DNA of 64,000 nt, taken from a virus. Within the stretch, counting starts at the first letter, position 1, and the number at the start of each line of letters is the position of its first letter. Positions 37,279 through 46,297 of this stretch are shown piece by piece. Location: positions 72,991 to 136,990 of the IMG/VR virus record IMGVR_UViG_3300037258_001099. One strand, written 5' to 3'. The translations under genes were made by a program, and so were the position numbers. Under the pieces are notes generated by a model that saw only the letters and a program-made list of their open reading frames with translations, searched no databases and was not told where the DNA came from.

Positions 37279-37530
37279 TCATTTGGCTACTAGCCCCAGT
37301 CTTATCTGGACAATAGCATCAACTTCTTTCGACAGGAAAACATATCCACTACCAGCTAGCGCAGCTCCATCCTGGATAGTCTGGAGATAGAGTTCTCCAT
37401 CACGGTAAGATGTCATCTCTATCTGTGTCCTCTGATCTATCCTCACGCTATACGTTGCCGCAATTTCATTGTCAGTCTTTACGGAAACATCTGTTCCCAT
37501 AATTGACTGGATCGCTTCCTCTGTGGTCAT
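37279..37530 (-). CDS. Hypothetical protein
   Basis: AGGAGG RBS. Confidence 0.6.
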   Translation of the reverse strand: MTTEEAIQSIMGTDVSVKTDNEIAATYSVRIDQRTQIEMTSYRDGELYLQTIQDGAALAGSGYVFLSKEVDAIVQIRLGLVAK

Positions 37531-37538
37531 ACTTCCTC

Positions 37539-37829
37539 CTAAATGGCAACAGGTGTCGCTACGATCAAATCTACACGCACTTGATCTTCTTGCTCCCACC
37601 GCTCAACCGGATAATGGGAGATGTCGTCGTTCTCGAATACGTAGCTGTACCAGCCAGGCTCGATCTCTTCCCTTTCGCAGTCCCCATATTTATTTTTTAG
37701 GAATTCGTTGATCTCCTCTATTTTGTGGAATATATGGGTACTATAGTCCATGTGGTTAAAGGGCTCTTCTGAGCCGATGTCCCTTTGAGATTTAGCGATA
37801 CTTACCTCAAAGTATGTTCTGCTCTCCAT
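37539..37829 (-). CDS. Hypothetical protein
   Basis: AAGGAG RBS, operon context. Confidence 0.6.
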   Translation of the reverse strand: MESRTYFEVSIAKSQRDIGSEEPFNHMDYSTHIFHKIEEINEFLKNKYGDCEREEIEPGWYSYVFENDDISHYPVERWEQEDQVRVDLIVATPVAI

Positions 37830-37830
37830 G

Positions 37831-38190
37831 CTATGCTACTCCTTCAAAAACAATAGAACCGTCTTCAAGAAGCTTTTCAACTTCATCGTAAATCTGGTAG
37901 TCTGGAAACCAATAGACTCTTCCAATAGTTTCTGCTTCTCCGTGATCGTCATACGTTGCCTCATCTGAGAGGACAGGGCAGTAATCACTAATAAGCGCGG
38001 CAATCTCTTCTGGATGAATCAAATCCCAGCCATTGGCAAGCTGAAATTCAATCACGTCACAGAACTTATGAAAGATCCCTATATCCTCTCTGCGCTGAAT
38101 CTCTTCAACTTCTTCTCTTCCCTCGGGTAAGAGCTCTATCCTAAGATTGCCGCTGGGGAGTTTCTTGAACTCGACGAGTCTTTCTGTCAT
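37831..38190 (-). CDS. Hypothetical protein
   Basis: Acidic 119-aa ORF with RBS. Confidence 0.65.
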   Translation of the reverse strand: MTERLVEFKKLPSGNLRIELLPEGREEVEEIQRREDIGIFHKFCDVIEFQLANGWDLIHPEEIAALISDYCPVLSDEATYDDHGEAETIGRVYWFPDYQIYDEVEKLLEDGSIVFEGVA

Positions 38191-38306
38191 GGACTTGTCC
38201 TTCCTGCTATACTAGAGACCTGTGAGAGAGTGCCAGCTATTTGTTCCTTCACTAACTGAGAATAGTTTTAGCTGTACTGCATATCGCTCTCTCACAAGGC
38301 CTTCTC

Positions 38307-38513
38307 CTAACCTCTAAGTGCCTCATTAAATTTTTCGAAGTCCGCAATCTCCTCTTTAAGCGCCTTAATGTGATTTACAGCAGATTGGTGCCTCCTTTTT
38401 GCTTCTACCACCCATGGTGCGCTATCTGTCAGCTCTTCCAGCTCTGCATAGACACCTGAAAGTGCAAGCAAAGTATCCTCTAGGTGAAGCTCTGCCTTGG
38501 CAAACTCTTTCAT
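38307..38513 (-). CDS. Hypothetical helical protein
   Basis: AAGGAG RBS; first gene after an extended -10 promoter. Confidence 0.6.
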   Translation of the reverse strand: MKEFAKAELHLEDTLLALSGVYAELEELTDSAPWVVEAKRRHQSAVNHIKALKEEIADFEKFNEALRG

Positions 38514-38534
38514 AAAAATCTCCTTCTTTGTTGT

Positions 38535-38565
38535 AATAACAATCTAACTTAGCATTATTATACCA
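38535..38565 (-). promoter_or_regulatory. Extended -10 promoter (TGGTATAAT) with conserved leader TAAGTTAGATTGTTATT
   Basis: Leader also found at 50186-50203 and 63933-63955. Confidence 0.65.
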
Positions 38566-38617
38566 CTAAACGCGGGAGGATGTGTCTCTCTCCTCCTCTT
38601 CTACCATCCTGGTCAAA

Positions 38618-38638
38618 TAATCGACTTTTCCTTAAATC
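38618..38638 (-). repeat. Dispersed motif copy GATTTAAGGAAAAGTCGATTA
   Basis: Full match to consensus. Confidence 0.85.
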
Positions 38639-38708
38639 GCTGGGGAATAGACGGCCCTCTTGGGAAATAATTGATTCTTTGTTGGTGGATTAATAATCTC
38701 TCTTTGGA

Positions 38709-38737
38709 TTGACATGCATGTTAAAATACGGTATACT
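38709..38737 (+). promoter_or_regulatory. Sigma70 promoter
   Basis: TTGACA-17-TATACT. Confidence 0.8.
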
Positions 38738-38759
38738 ATAGACAAGAAAGGGAAGAAGT

Positions 38760-38918
38760 ATGAATAAGAAAAATGTTACCTATCGGCTTGATGAAGACGA
38801 CAAGAAGCTCATTGTTTCACTTGCTAAACACTTTGGCATCAGTGAAACAGATGTTGTGAGAATGCTCGTCAGGAAGTCTGCAAGGGAAGAAGGAGTTAAG
38901 GCCAGCAACACTGAGTAA
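38760..38918 (+). CDS. CopG-like ribbon-helix-helix protein (52 aa, not in ORF track)
   Basis: MNKKNVTYRLDEDDKKLIVSLAKHFGISETDVVRMLVRKSA; AGAAAGGG RBS. Confidence 0.8.
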   Translation: MNKKNVTYRLDEDDKKLIVSLAKHFGISETDVVRMLVRKSAREEGVKASNTE

Positions 38919-38933
38919 GAGGAATTTGTATGA

Positions 38934-39112
38934 GCTCTTCTGTGACGAAGCATGCAACTAAACCACAGAAGAGCGAACCCTCGTAGAGCGAACTACTGCA
39001 AAGTCTAGATAAATCATATCTCATGGCTTTGCAGTTAGCAATATGTCAAGCCATTAGGAATCCTAGTGGTTTGATAGCAACTTCAGTTGTCCGGCAAAAT
39101 CGGACAACTGAA
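38934..39112 (+). ncRNA. Candidate structured RNA/leader with four consecutive stem-loops
   Basis: Stems 38934-38974, about 38995-39034, 39046-39074 (with G-U pairs) and 39082-39112. Confidence 0.45.
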
Positions 39113-39128
39113 AAGGAAGGAAAGCAGC

Positions 39129-39983
39129 ATGACTAAAGATAGTCAGATCGTTCACTTTGAAGACAACAGCGATATCCGCCGCACATGGCATAGCAACGAA
39201 TGGTACTACAGCATCGTAGATATTGTCTCAGTACTTGCCGACAACAAACGACCACGTAAATACTGGAGCGACCTTAAAGTAAAACTTACCGAAGAGGGGT
39301 ACTTTGAAACGTCCGAAAAAATCGGACAGTTGAAAATGAAAGCACCAGACGGCAAGATGCGAGAAACAGATGTCGTAGACCGAAAGACAGTTCTTAGAAT
39401 TATCCAGTCTATCCCAAGTCCAAAGGCTGAACCTTTCAAGCTTTGGCTTGCTCAACTTGGAGAAGAACGGCTTGAAGAAATAGAAAATCCAGAGCTTGGA
39501 ATGAAACGATCACGTGATCGCGCAAAAGCAAGCTGGAAATCGCAAGGCCATGATGAGTCATGGATTAAGTCAAGAACGGATGGCATAGATGTACGAAATC
39601 GGCTTACTGATGGCTGGGATGCCCGTGGAGCAGAAGATGGTCTTCAGTTTGCCATTTTAACAAATACTATTCATGAGAAAGAATTCGATCTTTCGACCCA
39701 GGGACATAAAAAGTACAAGAATCTTCCTGCCAATGTAAGCCTTCGAGACAATATGACTCCTATGGAACTTGCGCTAACTACCCTGAGTGAGACAGCGGCT
39801 CTTCAAATGCACGAAGATAGGGATAGCCAGGGATTTGATGAGCTCAAGAGAGATGCTACTGATGCTGGTCAAGCCGGAAGAAAGGCTCGACTAGCCTTTG
39901 AGGAGGCAATGGGATCACCAATTGTTAGTTCAGAAAAGTACCCAAACCAAGGTGGTCAGCAAAAGAAGAAAGGAAGGGGATAA
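39129..39983 (+). CDS. BRO-N domain antirepressor-like protein
   Basis: IRRTW...WYYSIVDIV..L; YW.DLK; QLKMKAPDGKMRETDV; IIQSIPSPKAEPFKLWLA; LRDNMT..EL. Confidence 0.88.
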   Translation: MTKDSQIVHFEDNSDIRRTWHSNEWYYSIVDIVSVLADNKRPRKYWSDLKVKLTEEGYFETSEKIGQLKMKAPDGKMRETDVVDRKTVLRIIQSIPSPKAEPFKLWLAQLGEERLEEIENPELGMKRSRDRAKASWKSQGHDESWIKSRTDGIDVRNRLTDGWDARGAEDGLQFAILTNTIHEKEFDLSTQGHKKYKNLPANVSLRDNMTPMELALTTLSETAALQMHEDRDSQGFDELKRDATDAGQAGRKARLAFEEAMGSPIVSSEKYPNQGGQQKKKGRG

Positions 39984-40242
39984 ATTTGAAGATGCCATAG
40001 CCATAACCACTTGTGAAGTTAGCGGCCAAGATCCTTCTCAACATTGGCTTACCCGTGCTGGTAAGCCAATAATTAGTAGTAAAGGACATGTTCAATAGTT
40101 AAAATATTACTGCATGAAACGTTATACTTGTTATCATAGAGCAAGCAAAAGTAGTTAGTAAAAAGAGTGGGCAATCCATATCAGATCATGTTAACCTCCA
40201 AGTTAACATGATATCCACGGGGACAAAGAAAGGAAACACACG

Positions 40243-40827
40243 ATGGCAGCAAATTTTCAAGAGAATGACCCACATGGCCTTCCAATGTCTGAGAGAGACT
40301 ACGAGCGGCTTGTAGACGCAGAGGATATCCCGCACTATGAATTAATAGACGGTGTTGTCTACGATATGACAGGATCAAGCGAAGAGCATGGTCACATAAC
40401 AAATACCATCTCGACACTTATTAGCTCTCACATTGGACGGAGAGGATCTTGTCGAGTCTATCAGGACCAATACGTTAAGGTTCCTGGCAGACCATCTTCT
40501 GTTCCAGATGTAGTTGTCACTTGCAATAGCGATGATTGGAATAAAGAGAAAAAGCTGAAACCGTTCAAGATTCAGTATCCCCGCATCATTGTCGAAGTGC
40601 TTTCTCCCAGTACAAAAAACTTTGACCGCACAGAGAAGTTTGAGCGGTACAGATGCTGCCCTTCTCTTGAGGTTTACATCCTCGTAAGTCAGGATGAGAC
40701 AATTATAGACGTGTACCGAAAGATAAATGGGTGGAAGAAGGAACGATTTATTGAGGGCCAGATAATCACGCTAGACCAAATTGGGATGGATCTCTCCGTT
40801 GACGAGAGCTATGAGGGAGTTTTCTAG
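40243..40827 (+). CDS. Uma2 (DUF820) family PD-(D/E)xK endonuclease-like protein
   Basis: YELIDG...M.G.S..H; PDVVV; P.IIVEVLSPST...DR.EK...Y; Y.LVSQ. Confidence 0.9.
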   Translation: MAANFQENDPHGLPMSERDYERLVDAEDIPHYELIDGVVYDMTGSSEEHGHITNTISTLISSHIGRRGSCRVYQDQYVKVPGRPSSVPDVVVTCNSDDWNKEKKLKPFKIQYPRIIVEVLSPSTKNFDRTEKFERYRCCPSLEVYILVSQDETIIDVYRKINGWKKERFIEGQIITLDQIGMDLSVDESYEGVF

Positions 40828-40842
40828 TATCTCAAGGATCTA

Positions 40843-40880
40843 AGATACCTCCCAGCCATAAGAAGTTGGGAGGTATTCTT
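40843..40880. terminator. Hairpin terminator between convergent units
   Basis: ATACCTCCCAGC...GTTGGGAGGTAT. Confidence 0.55.
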
Positions 40881-41173
40881 ATCGCTACAGGTTCATTTTA
40901 TGCATCTCCATAAGCTTCTGATGGCCCGCCGCGTCTTGGCGGTACGGTGTCTCCCACCCGCATTCTTGACATTTATAAGTGTTTCGTGGCAATGCACTTA
41001 ATACAAGAACAATAAACAAGACAACAACTACTAGACCTATGATAGCCATATCGTTCCTCTGTTGTACAAGATACGTTAAAGTATGTTACTTTAACAATAT
41101 GCTGAACGGGCAGAAGAATTACTAGTAACAGAACAAAGAAAATGGCCCATGAGACAAACCCATGGGCCATAGC

Positions 41174-41560
41174 TTACTCTGAATCAAAATCTCCTAGCTG
41201 ATCATCTCTCCACCCTTCTTCCTCCAGAAGACTGGCTATCTCCGATTTCTCTACTGGTGTCTCCTCTGTTGGACTATCCATTTCAGCCCACGGTGGAAGC
41301 GGAGTCTCTACCCAAAGCTCGTCATCGTGCTTGTTTTTTCCTGACGGTGTGCTCTTTGGAAGAGATCCACGCAGCTTAATGAAAAATTTGTACGGGATGT
41401 GCATTTTCAGCTCCCGTATCTCTGCCAACCTCTTCTTTGCCTCTACCTTTGGGAGACCGCAGGACTCATATTGGTAGCTCTGTGGAACCCCAAGAGATGG
41501 TACAGGGCTCCTGTAAAAGTGAATATCATAGAGCATTGGAACCCTATCCACATTGTCCAT
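41174..41560 (-). CDS. Hypothetical protein
   Basis: 128 aa with RBS. Confidence 0.55.
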   Translation of the reverse strand: MDNVDRVPMLYDIHFYRSPVPSLGVPQSYQYESCGLPKVEAKKRLAEIRELKMHIPYKFFIKLRGSLPKSTPSGKNKHDDELWVETPLPPWAEMDSPTEETPVEKSEIASLLEEEGWRDDQLGDFDSE

Positions 41561-41619
41561 GTCATCGCGTGCCGCCTTTCTTTCTTTTGTCTATTTATAC
41601 GATCAAGATGGGGAGGAAG

Positions 41620-41841
41620 TTATTCATCTACGCATGCTTGTTCGACTGCATCCCAGTCCACATAATCTAGGCTCGATTTTTCTTGATCAAGGCTCGCGTA
41701 GAGCCCTGGAGGAGCATTGCCTTCACGCACAAATGCTTCAATAGTATCTGCATCCTCTCCAAGTGCCTCTGTGTAGCAGTACTCATCATTGATGAGCCAG
41801 GCGATAACCTCTTGTGTCTCCCAATTTTCTTCGTTTTCCAT
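41620..41841 (-). CDS. Hypothetical acidic protein
   Basis: NWET..V..WL.NDE motif; AGAAAGGGG RBS. Confidence 0.6.
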   Translation of the reverse strand: MENEENWETQEVIAWLINDEYCYTEALGEDADTIEAFVREGNAPPGLYASLDQEKSSLDYVDWDAVEQACVDE

Positions 41842-42018
41842 CTTAGCTTTCCCCTTTCTTTTCTTCCTGAGCAACCGCCTTGACTCCTTCACACTGTGAC
41901 GGAACCCTGCACTCGCAAAGGTATCTGCTTCCACCACCAACATAGCGAGCGGTTGGGCATTTTCTGTAGTGCTCATTGAAAAGGGGGTACTCTTTATACT
42001 CCTGGCTTTTTTTTCTTG

Positions 42019-42393
42019 TCACTGTTCACTCCTTACAAATGCTTCAAGTCTTCTGCGGAAAGACTCGCAGTACTCTGTGGTCCTTTTGCGGTACTCCAGG
42101 TTAAGCTGATTAAACTTTCCTCTGTTCTGAGGGGTATGTGTGGTAATATCGTGGTACTCTGCAACATTCATCTGGTAGCGCTCAGCAACGATCCGGAGGT
42201 AGTCGTCGTCTTGAAGGTAATAGTGATATCTCGGATCAGCGGCCTTGAGGTATACTTTGCATTCAAAAACGAGCTCTCCACGTCTCAAATGAACAGTGAT
42301 TGGCACTGGCTCACTAATATGTCCTCTCCGTTCTGGGTGGTGTTGATAGCTATCAACACCAATCCCAGCAGCCTTTAGCTGTTCAATATCCAT
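42019..42393 (-). CDS. Hypothetical protein
   Basis: GGAGG RBS, coupled to the upstream gene. Confidence 0.65.
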   Translation of the reverse strand: MDIEQLKAAGIGVDSYQHHPERRGHISEPVPITVHLRRGELVFECKVYLKAADPRYHYYLQDDDYLRIVAERYQMNVAEYHDITTHTPQNRGKFNQLNLEYRKRTTEYCESFRRRLEAFVRSEQ

Positions 42394-42807
42394 CTAGTCT
42401 GCCTCCAGGAACCGATCATAGTCCTTGCCAAGGAATGCTCGTATGTTACGAGAGATCTCCATCTCATCTTTGTACTGCCGCTCTCTCTTACGGCTATCTG
42501 AGTCATAATCAGATTCTCTACACCACTCCTCGAAGCTTATATCCTCATCAATAACGTTTCTAATATGCGTGGAAAGGATCTCGTCTGCGGTTGGGTCCTC
42601 TGCCACCTTACTTCCCACGTACCAGTAGAGGGCAAGATCACGTCCCTGGAAGTGATATGTGGCAGTCCAGCCAACAGCATCAGCGGAAACAAGCTCGCTT
42701 ACCGGAGCAGTAAAAGATTCAAGTTCTACGCTAAAGTTAAGCTCTCGCATGAGCTCCAGTGTTGTAGGATTTGAGGGATAGAGCCCTCCCTCTTGATAGT
42801 TTGCCAT
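42394..42807 (-). CDS. Hypothetical protein
   Basis: FEEWC....YDSDSRK motif common in phage small proteins; AGAAAGGAAAA RBS. Confidence 0.7.
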   Translation of the reverse strand: MANYQEGGLYPSNPTTLELMRELNFSVELESFTAPVSELVSADAVGWTATYHFQGRDLALYWYVGSKVAEDPTADEILSTHIRNVIDEDISFEEWCRESDYDSDSRKRERQYKDEMEISRNIRAFLGKDYDRFLEAD

Positions 42808-42824
42808 AGTGTATTTTCCTTTCT

Positions 42825-43547
42825 TTATACTAGAGGATGACTTGAACGCTCCCACCAGTCAGGTTTCACCATAGTTGGGGAATGCACAATCATCTCAAGG
42901 TTGGGGCGGTACTCTGGATAGATCTTACGAATGGCACGAACAGCTTCGTGATTTTCAGGCACAGCTACGCTCCGCTTAGATTCAATAAACTGTATCCACT
43001 GATCTTCAACATCAGTGTAATAGCGCTCTCTGAACCGAAAATTCCAGATGATTGTATCCCCTTCTATGCTCGGTCCCCAAAGGACTTTTTGCTCCTTGCG
43101 CTGCTCACTTGATAGAGACTTGTTAACTGCTATATTGTTGAGGCGGTAGTAAGGAATAGGCCAGATGAGCATATCATTCTTCTCCTCTGGATCATGATAG
43201 CAAGACATTAGGTGTCTGTAACGCTCATGTTCCCAGGAATCGAAGCGGCTGCTCTTCATCGAAACAGGAATGTAGATTGAGGAAAAGTCGAGATAGCCTC
43301 TTTCGTCTCGGAGATCGTCAATGACACGATACTCACCATCTCTCTCAGGGTCAGCAATTACCCCGTCTGGGCCGCTACGAGGAGTATCTCCGCGTGAAGT
43401 AAAGACACTCTGGATAAAGTACGAAGGATACCCTGGAGCATCACCGTGGCATCCACTCCCTAGATTATCAGAGAGATGATGTCCTGGACGTAGACGATAG
43501 AGTGGAAGCTTCCTCAGCTCCTCAAGGTTGATGGTTGAATAATCCAT
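42825..43547 (-). CDS. Hypothetical protein
   Basis: 240 aa, AGAAAGGAAAA RBS. Confidence 0.7.
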   Translation of the reverse strand: MDYSTINLEELRKLPLYRLRPGHHLSDNLGSGCHGDAPGYPSYFIQSVFTSRGDTPRSGPDGVIADPERDGEYRVIDDLRDERGYLDFSSIYIPVSMKSSRFDSWEHERYRHLMSCYHDPEEKNDMLIWPIPYYRLNNIAVNKSLSSEQRKEQKVLWGPSIEGDTIIWNFRFRERYYTDVEDQWIQFIESKRSVAVPENHEAVRAIRKIYPEYRPNLEMIVHSPTMVKPDWWERSSHPLV

Positions 43548-43568
43548 GGATGTGTTTTCCTTTCTATA

Positions 43569-44087
43569 CTACTTTAGCTTGTTGGTTAACTGTTCCCAGT
43601 CAACTGACTCAATAACGATAGCAAAGTACTTCTTTACTAGAAGAGAGAGCGGAGAAGTGGCATGAGACCTTGCATCTGCCGACTCTACCCAGGTAATGAT
43701 GCTATCCCTCACCCAGATCTTGAGAGCTTCATCCTCGCGCTGTTCTCGGCCAGCAATAATGTTCTGCCAGAGTCCAACCTCCAGATAGGCAATGGTAGCC
43801 TCGTCGAGATTGGAGAGCTCTTTATAGAGTATCTTGCCTTCAAGTGCGAGCATCACAAGCGGCCACTCCACAAACTGTATAGCAAGAGTGAGAAGATCCT
43901 GCATCAGCAACTCACGGAAATGGTCCTTATAGATGATGCTGAAGAAGCCCTTGAGCTTGAGGGTGAGCCACTCTTGCACCCCTTGCTTTACAAAAACCTC
44001 TTGGAGATTGTTGTCCGTGATATGGGTGTATGCCGCCCATGTGGCGTAGTTGCTCCACCCGTTATATTCGGGAAACTCGATGTCCAT
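43569..44087 (-). CDS. Hypothetical protein (YNGWSNYATW motif, internal duplication ending V.W)
   Basis: Conserved-looking phage motif; GAAAGGAAAA RBS. Confidence 0.7.
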   Translation of the reverse strand: MDIEFPEYNGWSNYATWAAYTHITDNNLQEVFVKQGVQEWLTLKLKGFFSIIYKDHFRELLMQDLLTLAIQFVEWPLVMLALEGKILYKELSNLDEATIAYLEVGLWQNIIAGREQREDEALKIWVRDSIITWVESADARSHATSPLSLLVKKYFAIVIESVDWEQLTNKLK

Positions 44088-44100
44088 GTGTTTTCCTTTC

Positions 44101-44418
44101 CTAGTCCTCGTAGACAATTGCTTCAATGCGTTTAAGCTTCTCATAGCTAAGCCCATCAAGACCTCCAGAGCTCAGAGATTCTCGTATGCTCTCTGCTTCT
44201 ACTTCCTTCCTTGTCTCTTCTGTAATCTCTGTAAGCGAGTAGTTGCCTTCAGCGTAATGAGTCTTGTTCTTTGGGCTGCCATCTAAATGAAAGATGGTTC
44301 CTCCTGCTGTGATATAGAACTTATCTACCGTTGTTGCTTCTACAATGTGATGAGGACTGCCTTCATAGCAAAGAACAAGCTTGTCTCCTTCATGGACAAC
44401 TGTTTCTGGTTTAAGCAT
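44101..44418 (-). CDS. Small beta-barrel hypothetical protein (paralog of 24773-25090)
   Basis: Shared pattern; AGAAAGGAAAA RBS. Confidence 0.65.
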   Translation of the reverse strand: MLKPETVVHEGDKLVLCYEGSPHHIVEATTVDKFYITAGGTIFHLDGSPKNKTHYAEGNYSLTEITEETRKEVEAESIRESLSSGGLDGLSYEKLKRIEAIVYED

Positions 44419-44437
44419 GTACTGTTTTCCTTTCTCC

Positions 44438-44475
44438 AATAAAAACGAGGGAGGAATCCCTTCGACTCCTCCCTC
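44438..44475 (-). terminator. Intrinsic terminator
   Basis: GAGGGAGGA..TCCTCCCTC stem then GTTTTTATT on the minus strand. Confidence 0.6.
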
Positions 44476-44486
44476 TCCTGCATCGC

Positions 44487-44502
44487 AATCGACTTTTCCT
44501 TA
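44487..44502 (-). repeat. Dispersed motif copy TAAGGAAAAGTCGATT (TAA is the stop of the 44500-44727 ORF)
   Basis: Exact core match. Confidence 0.8.
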
Positions 44503-44727
44503 CAATGTTTGTGTTTGGCTAATCTCTGGGGACATTATAACGCCTTCTTCCGCCCAATCAAGACCCTGATAGTACTCAGTGCGCAGATCGTTTGATCGCT
44601 GCTCCACTTGCTCCTCGGGAACATCACGGATATTGCCGACAATCTGGTAGGGACAGCCCTCCTGGTAGATAGCACAGGCCATCGTGTAGTACCCCCAGCC
44701 TTGTGGAATGATGACAACTCTTCTCAT
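44500..44727 (-). CDS. Hypothetical protein
   Basis: 75 aa, GAAGGGG RBS. Confidence 0.55.
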   Translation of the reverse strand: MRRVVIIPQGWGYYTMACAIYQEGCPYQIVGNIRDVPEEQVEQRSNDLRTEYYQGLDWAEEGVIMSPEISQTQTL

Positions 44728-44819
44728 CGCACACCCCTTCTCTCCTCTGAATTAAAGAGGACCACTCCAGTTACATAGAACATTGTAAACAAACAACGTT
44801 AGTGGAATGGTCCTTCTTT

Positions 44820-44849
44820 ATTATATCATCATTGATGCTATAAGGTCAA
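44820..44849 (-). promoter_or_regulatory. Sigma70 promoter
   Basis: TTGACC-18-TATAAT with TG extension; leader contains ATTCCACTA. Confidence 0.6.
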
Positions 44850-45553
44850 TCCGGCTCCCAGAAGGAGACATATTTGATGCCTGCGGGAGTCAGGTATTTG
44901 CATTTTGCAGAACTAGGCTCGACTACTCTGGCTCGGTAGTAGAGCGTTTGCCTGGACTCTTTGTCTAGACAGCTAAAGACTATGCGGTCCTGGAGCCGAA
45001 GTGTGAGTAGTCCTTCTTTATCCTGGCAAAGGATGCCCATACCAATGGCCTCAGCGATCCCTGTCCAGCCATACTTGAAATTGATAGCCTCGGATAACCT
45101 GGCTGCAATCTTTCGGCTCGGATCAGCAGGACTATAACCGTAGACAGTTTTGAGTTGTGCAGCATTGGAGACTCCACGCTCTAGCAGATAGAGCCGTGCC
45201 TGATCAGCGTGCCTTGTGTGCCAGAAAAGGGCACCATGCCACCAGGAGGTCATCTGGGTAAGTATTTGCTGCTGCAAGAGTGAGGCCTCTGTTATGAGGC
45301 GTTTTCCTGGGGCAATCGGCTCTCTTGGACGATAATCACTTGCGATATCTGCCGCCTCCCTATCATCTACCTGCTCAAAGTCAGCAATAAGATCTGTTAC
45401 TGTTCCCTTCCACCCACACTTGCACTGTGCAACACTACCACAGACACGAAACTGTCCTGTTCCGCAAAAGAGGCAGGTATAATAGAGCGTCTCTCCCGCC
45501 TCTATAGCTGGCTTTCTACAGAGGCGAGAAAGATACTGCTCTATGCTCAACAT
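44846..45553 (-). CDS. DnaG-like primase fragment (Zn-binding + N-terminal core, no TOPRIM)
   Basis: CLFC..F.V....CKCG.KG...DL; ARLYL.ERG, YGYSP, DRIVF, Y.AR, KYL, then stop. Confidence 0.7.
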   Translation of the reverse strand: MLSIEQYLSRLCRKPAIEAGETLYYTCLFCGTGQFRVCGSVAQCKCGWKGTVTDLIADFEQVDDREAADIASDYRPREPIAPGKRLITEASLLQQQILTQMTSWWHGALFWHTRHADQARLYLLERGVSNAAQLKTVYGYSPADPSRKIAARLSEAINFKYGWTGIAEAIGMGILCQDKEGLLTLRLQDRIVFSCLDKESRQTLYYRARVVEPSSAKCKYLTPAGIKYVSFWEPD

Positions 45554-45960
45554 GGGATCAGTTCTGCCACTGGCTCCGAATAAACATGGAGCCCCAAGAA
45601 CTTATTTCCGTAGTCGCGCACTCGCTCAATCTGGTGTTCATCGTCATCGACCAAGAGAAAGATAACGTCCCTGCCTGCAAGCGCACAGTGGCGTCGTTCT
45701 ATGTCTGCTAGGTCCACCTGACGAGTATCCAGGTAGGTGAGGAGCGCACTATAACGCTCCTCAATCTCCTGTGGCGTTTTCGGCTCGTTTGGGAGCGCAT
45801 GCCCACCTCTGCCTGGCTGTCCACGCCTGGTTTCTCGCTTGGGTGTAATTTTGAGCAACCTTGCCTCTTCACGGCAAGAGTAGCAGTGGAGAGAAAATTT
45901 CTCTCTCGCTTTTTTATGCTGTTTCACTATGGTGTACCTTTTTTTTAACTCTATGTTCAC
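45547..45960 (-). CDS. Hypothetical protein
   Basis: 137 aa, overlaps the primase start. Confidence 0.55.
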   Translation of the reverse strand: MNIELKKRYTIVKQHKKAREKFSLHCYSCREEARLLKITPKRETRRGQPGRGGHALPNEPKTPQEIEERYSALLTYLDTRQVDLADIERRHCALAGRDVIFLLVDDDEHQIERVRDYGNKFLGLHVYSEPVAELIPC

Positions 45961-46297
45961 TATCCAATTGAAAGCTCCTCTTCTTCCAAAAAAAACAGTG
46001 GTTCTGTTTTACTAACTCATCTTGTACAACCTCCAAAAAAGTTATTTTGCCTATTTTATCTTATCTACAAAATTTTTGTCAAAGATGGGAGAAAAATCCT
46101 ATTCTCTCTATCTTGTGTATCCCATCTAGCTTCATAGATGATATAGTACTATACTCACGTCTTTTTGGCATCTTGCGCTAGACGCTATAACCTATTGCTC
46201 CTATATTCGGTATAATGTTTTGGGCGGCTTGCCAGATGCCACTTCTGGCTCGCATTATCCGCGTAGCTATGGTGTACCGCACCAGCATTCACTCCTC

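Noticed and set aside
43275-43291. Extra motif-like hits GATTGAGGAAAAGTCGA and GGGAAAAGTCGG (~57583)
   Set aside because: Inside CDSs and mismatched; the first is opposite to transcription; may be chance
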